From Minisyncoccota bacterium (lineage in GTDB: Bacteria; Patescibacteriota; Minisyncoccia; Phycocordibacterales; Phycocordibacteraceae): a DNA stretch of 64,000 nucleotides. This document shows, one piece after another, positions 1 through 10,088 of the stretch (the stretch's first letter is position 1; every line of letters begins with the position of its first letter). The stretch lies in assembly GCA_041666305.1 (NCBI GenBank), contig JBAYHD010000001.1, forward strand, positions 91,574-155,573. The letters run 5' to 3'. A program made the position numbers and the translations under genes. Below the pieces are notes generated by a model. It made no database searches. It was given only the letters and a program-made list of their open reading frames with translations, and had not been told where the DNA came from.

Positions 1-181
1 GCAGACAAGCCGCATAAAAGGATCAAAGCGCGTGCACTTCTGGAAAAACTGGCGAATGAGCAACAGGGGACCAGGACGTTCCGCAAAGTGCAGTACGAAC
101 TCGAGCAGAGCATCGCTTCCTAATTGAAGAGGGCGAGCCGCAATTCATCGCGGCTCGCCCTTCTTGTTTTCTTTTTGCTTT

Positions 182-781
182 TTAGTTAAATACTTTGTCC
201 ACGAGGCCGTATTTCTTCGCTTCTTCGGACGTCATGAAGAAGTCGCGTTCCACGTCTTTCTCGATTTTTGCGAGCGGTTGGCCGGTGTTCTTCGAGAGTA
301 TCTTGTTCAGCACTGCGCGAAGTTTCAGAATCTGTTTCGCCGTAATTTCAATGTCGGTCGCCTGGCCTTCGGCGCCGCCGTGCGGCTGATGGATCATCAC
401 TTCGGCATTCGGAAGCGCATACCGTTTTCCTTTCTGGCCTGCAGAAAGCAGTATTGCAGCACCGGAAGCCGCCATACCGACGCATACGGTAGAGACATTC
501 GGCTTCACGTGATTCATCGTGTCCACCATCGCGAGCGTTGCGGTGACCGAGCCGCCCGGGGAATTGATATAGAGCGAAATATCTTTCTTCGGATCCTCCG
601 CTTCCAAAAAGAGAAGCTGGGCGATGACGAGATTCGCCACATCGTCATCAATAGGCCCGCCGAGGAATACGATGCGCTCTTTGAGCAAGCGCGAGTAAAT
701 GTCATAGGCGCGCTCGCCGAACTGGCTCTTCTCGATAACCATCGGGACAAGCATCGACGCACGCGGTTGGGTGTATTTCAT
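182..781 (-). CDS. clpP: ATP-dependent Clp protease proteolytic subunit
   Basis: 199 aa; ClpP fold motifs (GGPIDD..., [13 protein letters not shown]); antisense + ORFs rejected. Confidence 0.9.
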   Translation of the reverse strand: MKYTQPRASMLVPMVIEKSQFGERAYDIYSRLLKERIVFLGGPIDDDVANLVIAQLLFLEAEDPKKDISLYINSPGGSVTATLAMVDTMNHVKPNVSTVCVGMAASGAAILLSAGQKGKRYALPNAEVMIHQPHGGAEGQATDIEITAKQILKLRAVLNKILSKNTGQPLAKIEKDVERDFFMTSEEAKKYGLVDKVFN

Positions 782-800
782 AGGTAGAAAGTTAAACAGG

Positions 801-1100
801 TCATTGGGTGACTGAGGTTTCTATAATTCCGCGATTTTCTGCGATGCGCTGACCCCATGCGTAGAAGGCACCGATGATGATCATAAGCATGATGATAACG
901 ATAGAGATGACGACGCCCCACTGTTGCTGTTTTGCCGACGGTACGCCGGGCAAAGAAGCGGCGGGAGAAACGGTCTTTTCTTTGCTGATTTCCTCTTTTA
1001 TTTCATCCAGTTTCTCCTCGATGCGCGCCTCCGCAACCTCCGGGGGAGGATTGAGATGCATTGTCGGTTCGCCCAAGGGGAGCATTTTTTCGTTTTCCAT
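801..1100 (-). CDS. hypothetical small protein with C-terminal TM helix and charged coiled region
   Basis: 99 aa ORF between clpP and ppa; hydrophobic C-terminal segment [20 protein letters not shown]; no recognisable family. Confidence 0.35.
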   Translation of the reverse strand: MENEKMLPLGEPTMHLNPPPEVAEARIEEKLDEIKEEISKEKTVSPAASLPGVPSAKQQQWGVVISIVIIMLMIIIGAFYAWGQRIAENRGIIETSVTQ

Positions 1101-1102
1101 AC

Positions 1103-1621
1103 TTATTTTTTATCAGCGTACATTTTCCGTGCTCGCTCAAATGCCGCTTCGGCCGCTGCCTTGCCTTCATATTCGCCGACCGTCACTTCTTTGTTTTGCA
1201 ATTTCTTGTAGGTAACGAAGAAGTGCTCGATTTCCTTTAGGTTGTGCTTGTTGAGGTCCGCGAGATCCTTGATATCCGCAAAACGCGGGTCGTCCGCAGG
1301 AACCGCGATTACTTTCTCGTCCGCCTCGCCGCCATCCACCATCGGAAGAATGGCGACCGGACGGGCGCGCACGAGCACGCCGGGAAAGAGCGGTACGGTG
1401 GTGAGCACGACGACATCGAGTGCGTCGCCGTCGTCCCAAAGGGTCTGCGGCACGAATCCGTAGTCGAACGGATACGTCTGTGCCGTGTGCAAGACGCGGT
1501 CGAGCGCGATCATGCCGGTTTTCTTATCAATCTCGTACTTGTTCTGTGAGCCGTGCGGAATCTCGATGATAACATTCATCTCTTCCTTCGTACCCGGATC
1601 AATATCGTGCAGTAAGTTCAT
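1103..1621 (-). CDS. ppa: inorganic pyrophosphatase
   Basis: 172 aa; family I PPase signature (DGDALDVVVL, YGFVPQTL). Confidence 0.9.
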   Translation of the reverse strand: MNLLHDIDPGTKEEMNVIIEIPHGSQNKYEIDKKTGMIALDRVLHTAQTYPFDYGFVPQTLWDDGDALDVVVLTTVPLFPGVLVRARPVAILPMVDGGEADEKVIAVPADDPRFADIKDLADLNKHNLKEIEHFFVTYKKLQNKEVTVGEYEGKAAAEAAFERARKMYADKK

Positions 1622-1640
1622 AGATATAAATTAGCAAAGT

Positions 1641-1704
1641 TAGGCGCTAGGCGCTAGGCTTTAGCGAATTCCAACTAGTGCCTAGCGCCTGTCCGAGTGC
1701 CTAG
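1641..1704. repeat. palindromic intergenic repeat, copy 1 (aggcgctaggc ... gcctagcgcct)
   Basis: inverted repeat aggcgctagg / cctagcgcct with ~20-nt spacer; same element at 9260, 43793 and degenerate at 49258; sits between nusA 3' end and ppa start. Confidence 0.6.
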
Positions 1705-3069
1705 TTACTCGTCCGTTGCTTTGTCGCGGTCTTCCTCTTTGTCGGCGACGGTCTCGTCACTTGCGGGAAGTTCTGTAAGTTCCTCTTCAGCCGGAAGTTC
1801 AGTGACCTCTGGAGCCGCGTTCTCAACAGTTTCAATGCTCTCGGTCGGCATAACGCCAGCCTCTTCAGCGGGAGTTTCCTCGACCGGCGCCATCGCGACC
1901 GTCTCCCCGTCGGACTCCGCGACTTCTGAACCGCCGGTGGAGACGATGTCGATATTCCAACCGGTGAGCTTCGCCGCGAGCCGTACATTCTGTCCGCCAC
2001 GACCAATGGCGAGCGATTGCTCGTCTTCGGCAACCGTTACTGTCGCGCGATGATCGGCTTCATCAAGCACCACTTCGATCGGCGTGGCGGGGGAGAGTGC
2101 TTCCTTCACGAACTCTTTTGCATCGTCGTTCCATTCAATGATGTCGATGCGCTCGCCGCCGAGCTCGCTCATAACCGTGGAGACGCGGACCCCGCGCTGG
2201 CCGACAAGAGAACCGACGGGGTCCACATGGGGATCGGTAGAAGCGAGAGCGATCTTTGTGCGACTGCCCGGTTCGCGCGCAAGCGCCTTCACTTCTATCG
2301 CGCCGCTCGCGAGTTCCGGTGCCTCCATTTCAAAAAGCTTCACGACGAACTTCGGATGCGCGCGGGAAAGGCGCAGGTACACGCCGCGGAAACCTTCGTC
2401 CACTGCATACAAGTACGCGCGAATGCGCTCGCCCATGCGATACCGCTCGCCCGGGATTTGCTCCTCGTAAGGAATGATGCCGGTCGTACGGCCGAGGTCC
2501 ACGAATATCGCCCCGCGCTCCATGCGCTGCACGATGCCCGAGACTATCTGGCCTTTTTTCTCCCCGAATTCTTCCATCATAGAGAGCTTTTCAGCCTCAC
2601 GAACCTTCTGGATGACCACTTGCTTTGCGGTTTGCGCCGCGATGCGGCCGAAATCATCTTGCGGTTCGAGCGGGAAAATAATTTCTTCACCCACGGTGGC
2701 GCCGCGCTTGATGAGTTTCGCGTTCTCAAGAAGGATGTGCTTTTCCGTGTCAAAACGGGGCAATTCTCCCTCGGCGAGCTGCTCTTCGTCCGTATGATAG
2801 CCGTGCGCGTGCGCGTGTTCTTCCGGAATTTCCTCGCCTTCGACAGGGAAACGCACCGTCGTGTCGTCCACAACGGTTTTTACTTGTTCAAAGGAGATGG
2901 TGCCGGTGTTGAGATCGAGCTTCGCATGAACGACTTGTCCGCGCTTGCCGTATTCGCGCTTGTAGGCAGTGGCCATTGCGCTTTCTATGGCTTCTATCAT
3001 CGTGTCGCGGCTGATGCCCCGATCCTCGAACTCCCCGAGCACTGCATTGATTGTTTTGAGGTCTATCAT
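1705..3069 (-). CDS. nusA: transcription termination/antitermination factor NusA
   Basis: NusA N-domain, S1 and KH domains recognisable; start placed at MIDLKTINAV (ATG 3067-3069) rather than the longer ORF-track start; acidic C-terminal tail. Confidence 0.9.
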   Translation of the reverse strand: MIDLKTINAVLGEFEDRGISRDTMIEAIESAMATAYKREYGKRGQVVHAKLDLNTGTISFEQVKTVVDDTTVRFPVEGEEIPEEHAHAHGYHTDEEQLAEGELPRFDTEKHILLENAKLIKRGATVGEEIIFPLEPQDDFGRIAAQTAKQVVIQKVREAEKLSMMEEFGEKKGQIVSGIVQRMERGAIFVDLGRTTGIIPYEEQIPGERYRMGERIRAYLYAVDEGFRGVYLRLSRAHPKFVVKLFEMEAPELASGAIEVKALAREPGSRTKIALASTDPHVDPVGSLVGQRGVRVSTVMSELGGERIDIIEWNDDAKEFVKEALSPATPIEVVLDEADHRATVTVAEDEQSLAIGRGGQNVRLAAKLTGWNIDIVSTGGSEVAESDGETVAMAPVEETPAEEAGVMPTESIETVENAAPEVTELPAEEELTELPASDETVADKEEDRDKATDE

Positions 3070-3211
3070 ATGGATTGTGTATGTCGCACTTTTATAAAGA
3101 AAGCCCCGAAAGGGCATCTGTGGGGGGAAGTATACCAGACACCCCCTGCTCGTCAATGGCGGATAAAAACGCCGCCCCCGAAGGAGCGGCTGTATAAGGC
3201 CTTCCGGCCGC

Positions 3212-3718
3212 TTACTGGCGGGACGCCGGTTCCGGATGCCTGAACCTTTCGACGTTCGGCAAGACGTCATCCGACATGGCAAAGGTGACGTCTCTGGTCC
3301 TGGTTTCGGCCCTCTTCACTTCGGCGGGATTGAAGAGATCGCCGTTCTTGGCTTCGACCTTTTCTCGGCCGATGGCCCAGCCCTTGTAGAATTTGTAGTC
3401 CGTGTGGCCGATGAGCTCGGGATACTGGATCCACACTTCAACGTTGAGGGTCGCCGTTATGACTTGCAGAATTTCGTTTTCCATCTGCCAGTACACGCTC
3501 TCCCTTCCGTTTTTTGCGGCGATCCGCTCGCAGTCCTCTTGTCCCATATGCTGCAGGGCGCGAAGGCGCCGAATCCTACTCAGAACCAATTCCTCGAGGA
3601 CCTCGTCATTCGGTCCGCATTCCCGCAAAGGAACCCTGCTCAGATGTTCCTCGGTCATGGTTTTTCGGCGGTGATCTACTTCAGCCGTAACGCCGTACAT
3701 CTGAATTCTATTCTTCAT
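3212..3718 (-). CDS. hypothetical protein (occupies the position where rimP usually precedes nusA)
   Basis: 168 aa, RBS ggaaagggtaag upstream of ATG; no family recognised; normal GC. Confidence 0.45.
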   Translation of the reverse strand: MKNRIQMYGVTAEVDHRRKTMTEEHLSRVPLRECGPNDEVLEELVLSRIRRLRALQHMGQEDCERIAAKNGRESVYWQMENEILQVITATLNVEVWIQYPELIGHTDYKFYKGWAIGREKVEAKNGDLFNPAEVKRAETRTRDVTFAMSDDVLPNVERFRHPEPASRQ

Positions 3719-3867
3719 TTTCTTACCCTTTCCAAAAAGTTGAAGGATCTAGGCACGAACTGCACCTAAACTAGGTATAACGAGAGAATCATTCTTCTGC
3801 AAGTTTTCCAGCGATGTGTGTGAAATGCGCCGCCGAGGGCGCGTGGACGCGCTATACTAATGAACAT

Positions 3868-5616
3868 ATGCACGTTTCGGAAGGCGAGCTGAAAGAATTC
3901 ATTATTGATTCCGGCCTCGTCGCCAAAAAAGAGATCGATGCGGCGGACGAGGAGGCGAAGAAGAAAGGGCAGTCGCTTGGCGACGTGCTCGTATCGCGCG
4001 GTTCGCTTACCGAGGATGCACTGCGGCGCATTCAAGCCTATGTGCTCGGTATTCCGTTCGTCAATTTGAAGGACCACCGCATTCCCGTGGATGTGCTTTC
4101 GCTCATTCCGGAACCGATCGCCCGCACGCACAACATCATCGCGTACAAAAAAAGTCCGGACTCGCTTGAAGTGGCGATGCTCGATGTGGAAGACCTTGCT
4201 TCCATTGATTCGGTGCGCAAAAAGACCGGTCTCAAAATCTTATCGCGCCTCACCGACACCGAGAGTATCAAGTACGCGCTTCTGCAATATCAAAAATCGC
4301 TCAAGGATGAATTCGGCGACATCATTTCGACCGAAGCGGGCAAAATAAAAGTCATCGCGGAAGGCAACAAGGACCTTTCGGGCGACGACCTCAAAAAAAT
4401 GGCGGAAGATCTGCCCATCGTGCGCATCGTGGATACGCTCCTGCGCCACGCTATCGTGCAGGGCGCTTCGGACATTCATGTGGAACCGATGGAGAACGAA
4501 GTGGTCGTGCGGTATCGCATTGACGGCATTCTGCATGATGCGATGACCCTGCCAAAAGCCGCCGCCGCCGGTATTGTTGCGCGCATCAAAGTACTTTCCA
4601 ATTTAAAACTCGACGAAAAACGCCTCCCGCAAGACGGCCGCTTCAAAATGGAAACGGAAGCGGATCGCGTGTCGTTCCGCGTGTCCATACTGCCGACGTT
4701 CTTCGGCGAGAAGACCGTGATGCGCCTTTTGCGCGAGACCGGCGAAGGCTTCACTCTCGATGTGCTCGGCCTCCACGGCGAAAATATGGAGCGCATCCAT
4801 CATGCGCTCAAGCAGACCACCGGCATCATCCTCGTTTCCGGACCGACCGGTTCCGGAAAGACCACCACCCTGTACACGATGCTCGACATTCTCAACAAGC
4901 CGGACGTGAATATCTCGACCGTCGAAGATCCTATTGAATACCAAATGAAGCGCGTGAACCAAACGCAGGTGAATCCGCAGATAGGCTTCACGTTTGCGAA
5001 CGGGCTCCGCTCGCTCGTGCGCCAGGACCCGGACATCATCATGGTCGGCGAAATACGTGATAGCGAGACCGCATCGCTCGCTATCAATGCCGCGCTCACC
5101 GGTCACCTTGTGCTTTCCACCATCCACACCAACAGCGCCGCTGGTGCGATTCCGCGCCTCATTGATATGGGAGTGGAGCCGTTCCTTCTTGTGTCCACCA
5201 TCCGCGTCATCATCGGGCAGCGGCTCGTGCGAAAACTTTGCGAAGGAAAGGAAGCATATACGCTTGATGCGACCACACGCGCAAAAGTATCAAACGAAGA
5301 AAGTTTCAATTCTGCATTCAAGGCGCTCACGGATGAGAAGCTCGTGAAGGCGGGATCGACGCTTGATGATCTCTCATTCTATCGGCCGGTGCCGTCGCCT
5401 GAATGCGTTGACGGTTACAAGAGCCGCATCGGCATCCACGAAGTGCTCGCCGTGACGCCGACCATTCGCGACATCATTCTTCACTCAAGCACGAGTGACG
5501 CCATCGAAGCGCAGGCGAAGAAGGAAGGCATGCTCACGATGCTTGAGGACGGTCTCTACAAAGCCGCGCGCGGCATCACCAGCCTTGAAGAAGTGCTGCG
5601 CGCGATATCCGAATAA
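3868..5616 (+). CDS. pilB: type IV pilus assembly ATPase PilB / GspE family
   Basis: Walker A GPTGSGKTTT, Asp box, His box, GSPII_E N-domain; start taken at MHVSEGEL (alternative 3814). Confidence 0.85.
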   Translation: MHVSEGELKEFIIDSGLVAKKEIDAADEEAKKKGQSLGDVLVSRGSLTEDALRRIQAYVLGIPFVNLKDHRIPVDVLSLIPEPIARTHNIIAYKKSPDSLEVAMLDVEDLASIDSVRKKTGLKILSRLTDTESIKYALLQYQKSLKDEFGDIISTEAGKIKVIAEGNKDLSGDDLKKMAEDLPIVRIVDTLLRHAIVQGASDIHVEPMENEVVVRYRIDGILHDAMTLPKAAAAGIVARIKVLSNLKLDEKRLPQDGRFKMETEADRVSFRVSILPTFFGEKTVMRLLRETGEGFTLDVLGLHGENMERIHHALKQTTGIILVSGPTGSGKTTTLYTMLDILNKPDVNISTVEDPIEYQMKRVNQTQVNPQIGFTFANGLRSLVRQDPDIIMVGEIRDSETASLAINAALTGHLVLSTIHTNSAAGAIPRLIDMGVEPFLLVSTIRVIIGQRLVRKLCEGKEAYTLDATTRAKVSNEESFNSAFKALTDEKLVKAGSTLDDLSFYRPVPSPECVDGYKSRIGIHEVLAVTPTIRDIILHSSTSDAIEAQAKKEGMLTMLEDGLYKAARGITSLEEVLRAISE

Positions 5617-5617
5617 C

Positions 5618-6835
5618 ATGAAATTCCGCATTACGGTACGGAAAGAAGGGACGCCGGATGAAAAACGAACCATTGAGGCGTCATCGCGTTTTGATGTGTA
5701 TGAGCAAGTGCGGAATGAGGGCGGGTTTGTCACGGCGATCGAAGAGCTGCGCGGTTTTGGCCTGGGCGCACTTTCCCGTTTCAACATTTCCATCGGCACC
5801 GGCATCAAGCGCATGGAGATCATCCGGACCGCAAAAAACCTCTCCGCTATGCTCTCCGCCGGGCTTTCTATTTCCCGCGCGCTCTCGGTCATCGAACGGC
5901 AGTCGAGCAACAAGCATTTGAAAGCGATCGCCGTCGGCCTCGCGGAATCGATCAAAAAAGGCTCGTCATTCCACGAGGCGCTTGCGTTGCATCCGGATGT
6001 ATTCCCGGAAATATTCATCGCCATGGCGCGGGCAGGAGAGGAGTCGGGCTCTCTGGCGGACTCGCTCACCATTGTGGCACTCCAGATGGAACGCTCCGAA
6101 GAACTCATCCGCAAAATAAAAGGTGCGATGATCTATCCGGCTATCGTCATCACTGCGGTCATCCTCGTGGGCATCCTCATGCTCATTTATGTGGTGCCGA
6201 CATTGACCAGCACGTTCACTTCTCTCGGGGTGAAGATTCCGCTTGCGACGCGCGTCATCGTGGCGCTTTCAAATTTTATGGTGTCGAATGTAACGCTCGT
6301 GTTTGTTTCTTTGCTTGCGATCGTGGTCGGCGGCATTCTCTTCGTTCGTTCAAAAATCGGGAATCGGATCGTTCTCGCCGTCGCGCTTCATCTGCCGGTC
6401 ATCAATGAGCTCGTGCGCGAGACGTATACCGCGCGCGCTTCTCGTACGCTCTCCTCGCTTCTTTCCGCCGGCGTGCCGGTGCTTGATGCGCTTTCCATAA
6501 CCAAAGCGGTCGTGCATGCCGAATCATTTGCGAAAGTCGTCGCTGAGGCGGAAGCGCATGTGAAAAAAGGGGAATTGCTTTCCACTGCGTTCAGTGAACA
6601 TCCGAAGTTGTATCCGATCCTCATGAGCGACATGCTTGCGGTGGGGGAGGAGACCGGCAAAGTCGCCGAAATGCTGAAGCAGATAGCGGAATTTTACGAA
6701 GAGGATGTGGCACAAAAAACGAAAGACCTTTCAACCGTCATCGAACCGCTTCTTATGCTTGTTATCGGCGCGGCCGTCGGCATCTTTGCGGTCGCGGTGA
6801 TCTCGCCTATTTATCAGCTTTCGTCGGCTATCTAG
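5618..6835 (+). CDS. pilC: type IV pilus inner-membrane platform protein PilC / GspF family
   Basis: two GspF repeats, 3 TM segments; ATG 2 nt after pilB stop. Confidence 0.85.
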   Translation: MKFRITVRKEGTPDEKRTIEASSRFDVYEQVRNEGGFVTAIEELRGFGLGALSRFNISIGTGIKRMEIIRTAKNLSAMLSAGLSISRALSVIERQSSNKHLKAIAVGLAESIKKGSSFHEALALHPDVFPEIFIAMARAGEESGSLADSLTIVALQMERSEELIRKIKGAMIYPAIVITAVILVGILMLIYVVPTLTSTFTSLGVKIPLATRVIVALSNFMVSNVTLVFVSLLAIVVGGILFVRSKIGNRIVLAVALHLPVINELVRETYTARASRTLSSLLSAGVPVLDALSITKAVVHAESFAKVVAEAEAHVKKGELLSTAFSEHPKLYPILMSDMLAVGEETGKVAEMLKQIAEFYEEDVAQKTKDLSTVIEPLLMLVIGAAVGIFAVAVISPIYQLSSAI

Positions 6836-6956
6836 TATGCCCGGTAGTACAACATGGCATCGTTTTTTTACTCCAAACTCCCGGATACGTCCGGACAGTT
6901 TAAAAGTCTCCACTGGTCATAAACATCTCTTCGCATTAGACACAAGGAGTAATGAC

Positions 6957-7361
6957 ATGTTGTCCTCACCGGGCATGACCAGGCGCCTCGCTCGAGGATT
7001 CTCGCTCATCGAAGTCACCGTTGCTATCGGTATTATCGGCATGATGATACTTGCGACGAGCACGCTCTTGCAGCGGATTCCGGTAAGCGGGCGGGAAGTG
7101 CGCGATCAGGATCTCGCGCTCAAGATAGCGCGAAATGAGATAGAGACGCTGCGCGCCGGCGGCTATGACGTTTTGCCGGCAAGCGGTGCGTTCACGAATC
7201 CATTGTTGAATTCGCTCACCTCCGGTTCGGCATCCGTAACGATTGCTGTGTACGACGCGAAGACAAAGAGAGCCGATGTGAATGTGTCATGGACAGGAAA
7301 CGGTTCCGTCACACGTTCGGTTTTGCTCACCACGCTTATCACGCAAAACTCCGGCCTATGA
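6957..7361 (+). CDS. prepilin-type (class III signal) pseudopilin
   Basis: leader ...RRLARG|FSLIEVTVAIGIIG with Glu+5; RBS aaggag 8 nt upstream of ATG 6957. Confidence 0.7.
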   Translation: MLSSPGMTRRLARGFSLIEVTVAIGIIGMMILATSTLLQRIPVSGREVRDQDLALKIARNEIETLRAGGYDVLPASGAFTNPLLNSLTSGSASVTIAVYDAKTKRADVNVSWTGNGSVTRSVLLTTLITQNSGL

Positions 7362-7921
7362 TTAAGCGCGGATTCACTCTAATAGAGACGGTCGTCGTTA
7401 TCGCCATAAGCGTGATCGCACTTGCCGCACTCGTGAATCTTTTTCTTATTTTTAATACCACGTATGGGAATCAGCAGGCATTTATGGCCGCCGCCGGCTC
7501 CGCCGGCGGCACAATGAACGCACTCGAAGCAGCGATCATGCCCGCGGACCACGTGCTCACTTCGCACAATTTCAGCGGGACCACATATTCCTCAAATGCA
7601 TCGACCCTGGTACTCAGTCTTCCGGCAGTTAACAGCTCCGGAAATATCATTACGGGCACGGAGGACTACATCGTGTTTTATGCTTCTTCCGCCAATCTGT
7701 ATCGTTTGATCCAAGCGGGTGCCGGCAGCTCTCGCGTCTCCGGACTGAAGCAATTAAGTACGACGTTGAGTGCTCTCTCATTCACGTATGACGACGCCGA
7801 CTTTACGAAAGTCACGAACGTTACGGTCGATATCGTCACGCAGGCGCAATTCAAACAAGAAACGGTGCAAGGCCATCTGAATGAACAGATATATCTGCGT
7901 AACTTCCCCCTCACGCCATGA
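7358..7921 (+). CDS. prepilin-type pseudopilin 2
   Basis: MIKRG|FTLIETVVVIAISVIALA class III signal; ATGA overlap with upstream gene. Confidence 0.7.
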   Translation: MIKRGFTLIETVVVIAISVIALAALVNLFLIFNTTYGNQQAFMAAAGSAGGTMNALEAAIMPADHVLTSHNFSGTTYSSNASTLVLSLPAVNSSGNIITGTEDYIVFYASSANLYRLIQAGAGSSRVSGLKQLSTTLSALSFTYDDADFTKVTNVTVDIVTQAQFKQETVQGHLNEQIYLRNFPLTP

Positions 7922-9249
7922 ACCATTCTTTCTTCGTTCATTACAAAAAAGGCCAAATCATACTGCTCGCGCTCGTCCTCGCCGGAGTATTTGCGATGGT
8001 CTCCACTGCGCTCGTGGGATTCGTGAATTCGTACGGCCGCGCGGAGCGCGTAGCCGTCGCCTCTGCCCAAGCGCTCGCCATCGCCGAAGGCGCCCTGGAA
8101 AATACGATAGGGAAGTTGAACCAAAATCCCGCATACGCCGGAGAAACAAATACGGTACTCGGCGGCGGCACATTCACCGTTACGCTGACTACCATTGATA
8201 CCCAGACGAAACGAGTGACCGTGACCGCTTCGGTACCGAATAACACTACGCCGATGGCGACCAAGGTCATAAAGGCAAATGTCGGCATCAATAATTCCGC
8301 CATTTCTTTCCATTACGGCATCCAATCCGGCAACGGGGGATTTTTCATGGATAACAGTTCTCTGGTCCGAGGAAATGTATTCTCGAGCGGTTCGGTTATC
8401 GGTACAAGTCAAAATATGATTTATGGTGACGTCATTTCCTCCGGCGCGAGCGGACTCGTGTACGGCATCCATGCAACCAGCTCGGTCTATGCCCATAGTA
8501 TCGGGAATGCTTCTGAAAGCACTATCGTCGACAAAGATGCGTATTATGCCACCACCAAAACTAACACGACTGTGACGGGAACTTCGCATCCGGGCAGTCC
8601 CGATCAGCCGGTCGTAGACTTGCCAATATCGGACGATCAGATAAACCAGTGGGAGGAGACGGCGGCGGCCGGAGGAACAGTCACCTGTTCGGACGGTTCA
8701 TACAATATTTCTTCCGGAAGTGAGAGCCTTGGTCCGGTGAAAATTCCCTGTGACCTCGATATTAGCGGCAGCGCTGTCGTGACGATACAGGGCCATATAT
8801 GGGTGACCGGCAATATTGTAGTCCAAAATTCGGCTACGGTGAAAATGGATCCCGCCTTGGGAGCAACCAATGTGGCGATCATAGCCGACAACCCGGCCAA
8901 CCGGCTCACGAGTAGCACTATAAAAGTAAAAAATACGGCGACATTCGAAGACTCCGGGACGCCCGGTTCATTCGTTTTCCTGATTTCCCAGAACAATAGT
9001 GCTGAGACCGGCGGGAGCGAAGAGGCCTTTGAGTTAAGCAATAGTGCTTCGGCGCTGGTTGCCTATGCGGCGCACGGGCTTATTCCGCTTGAGAATACCG
9101 TTTCTCTGAAAGAAGCCACTGCGTACAAGATTCGTCTGAAAAACTCAGCGAACGTAACCTACGACAGCGGCCTGCCGAGCGCGGTATTCCAAACGGGTCC
9201 GGGCGGAAGTTGGAGTTTTGTGCCGGGCAGCTACGCCATAACGAGATAG
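7918..9249 (+). CDS. pilus-associated protein with PilX-like N-terminal TM domain (possible tip/minor pilin)
   Basis: 443 aa; N-terminus KGQIILLALVLAGVFAMVSTALVGF resembles the PilX N-domain; Thr/Ser/Gly-rich beta-rich body; last gene of the pilB operon. Confidence 0.5.
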   Translation: MNHSFFVHYKKGQIILLALVLAGVFAMVSTALVGFVNSYGRAERVAVASAQALAIAEGALENTIGKLNQNPAYAGETNTVLGGGTFTVTLTTIDTQTKRVTVTASVPNNTTPMATKVIKANVGINNSAISFHYGIQSGNGGFFMDNSSLVRGNVFSSGSVIGTSQNMIYGDVISSGASGLVYGIHATSSVYAHSIGNASESTIVDKDAYYATTKTNTTVTGTSHPGSPDQPVVDLPISDDQINQWEETAAAGGTVTCSDGSYNISSGSESLGPVKIPCDLDISGSAVVTIQGHIWVTGNIVVQNSATVKMDPALGATNVAIIADNPANRLTSSTIKVKNTATFEDSGTPGSFVFLISQNNSAETGGSEEAFELSNSASALVAYAAHGLIPLENTVSLKEATAYKIRLKNSANVTYDSGLPSAVFQTGPGGSWSFVPGSYAITR

Positions 9250-9259
9250 GCCAGAGATG

Positions 9260-9338
9260 CAGGCGCTAGGCTTTAGGCTCTAGGTCATTCCTACTAGTGC
9301 CTAGCGCCTGCCCGAGCGCCTAGTGCCTGCTACTATGT
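9260..9338. repeat. palindromic intergenic repeat, copy 2
   Basis: caggcgctaggctttag...ctagtgcctagcgcctgcccgagcgcctagt; ends 5 nt before the tpiA ATG. Confidence 0.6.
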
Positions 9339-9342
9339 AGCA

Positions 9343-10086
9343 ATGCTCATTATTGCTAATTGGAAGGCGCACGTGGAAGAATTTGCGAAAGCAAAAAAGC
9401 TTTTTGCGCTTGCGAAGCGCCTTGTAAGCGGAACAAATGTCTCCATCGTGCTCGCGCCGCCGGCGCCGCTTCTCGGCGCGCTTGCAGTACGGAATAGGTC
9501 GGCGGTCGCATTTTCCGCGCAGGATGTGTCTCTCACGACCGGCGGAGCCCACACGGGCGAAGTAACCGCGCAAGCGTATGCGGCGGCGGGTGCCTCGTAC
9601 GCGATTCTCGGACACTCGGAACGGCGCGCAGCGGGAGACACCGACGCTATCGTCGCGGAAAAACTTGCCCATGCGCTTGCACATGGCCTTACTCCTATTC
9701 TTTGCGTCGGCGAGCAAGAACGGGATGGCGAAGGACGGTATCTCGCGGTGGTCCGTGAAGAACTGACGCTTGCATTCGGGTCTCTTACGCAAAAAGAGCG
9801 TTCAAAAATAATCGTCGCGTATGAACCGATTTGGGCGATAGGGAAGACCGCCGATGCCGCCATCAGACCGAATGACCTCGCTGAAATGGTGCTTTACATC
9901 CGCAAAGTGCTCGCGGAACTCTTGCCGGGGAAAAGTTCTTCGCATTCGCTCGTACTCTACGGCGGTTCGGTCGAACCGGAAAACATTCGCGCGCTCGCTG
10001 CGAGTTCAAGTGTCGACGGTTTTCTCGTCGGACATTCGGCGGATGATCCTCGTGTATTCTCACTGCTCGTAAAGCAGCTCGTCTGA
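9343..10086 (+). CDS. tpiA: triosephosphate isomerase
   Basis: 247 aa; IANWKAH, catalytic region AYEPIWAIGTG-like, YGGS. Confidence 0.9.
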   Translation: MLIIANWKAHVEEFAKAKKLFALAKRLVSGTNVSIVLAPPAPLLGALAVRNRSAVAFSAQDVSLTTGGAHTGEVTAQAYAAAGASYAILGHSERRAAGDTDAIVAEKLAHALAHGLTPILCVGEQERDGEGRYLAVVREELTLAFGSLTQKERSKIIVAYEPIWAIGKTADAAIRPNDLAEMVLYIRKVLAELLPGKSSSHSLVLYGGSVEPENIRALAASSSVDGFLVGHSADDPRVFSLLVKQLV

Positions 10087-10088
10087 CA

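Noticed and set aside
164-787. 207-aa + strand ORF (and nested 64/82-aa ORFs) overlapping clpP
   Set aside because: The opposite strand encodes a clear ClpP. The ORF is a high-GC antisense artifact with no family similarity.
2017-3243. 408-aa + strand ORF antisense to nusA
   Set aside because: NusA homology is unambiguous on the minus strand. Long stop-free antisense frames are expected at this GC content.
4603-5127. 174-aa minus-strand ORF inside pilB
   Set aside because: Antisense to the conserved PilB ATPase core. No RBS and no recognisable domain.
7678-8589. 303-aa minus-strand ORF antisense to the PilX-like gene
   Set aside because: Arg/Gly-rich GC-frame artifact. The sense-strand gene has operon context and a TM/signal start.
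9301-9863. 163/176-aa minus-strand ORFs over tpiA
   Set aside because: Antisense to conserved triosephosphate isomerase.
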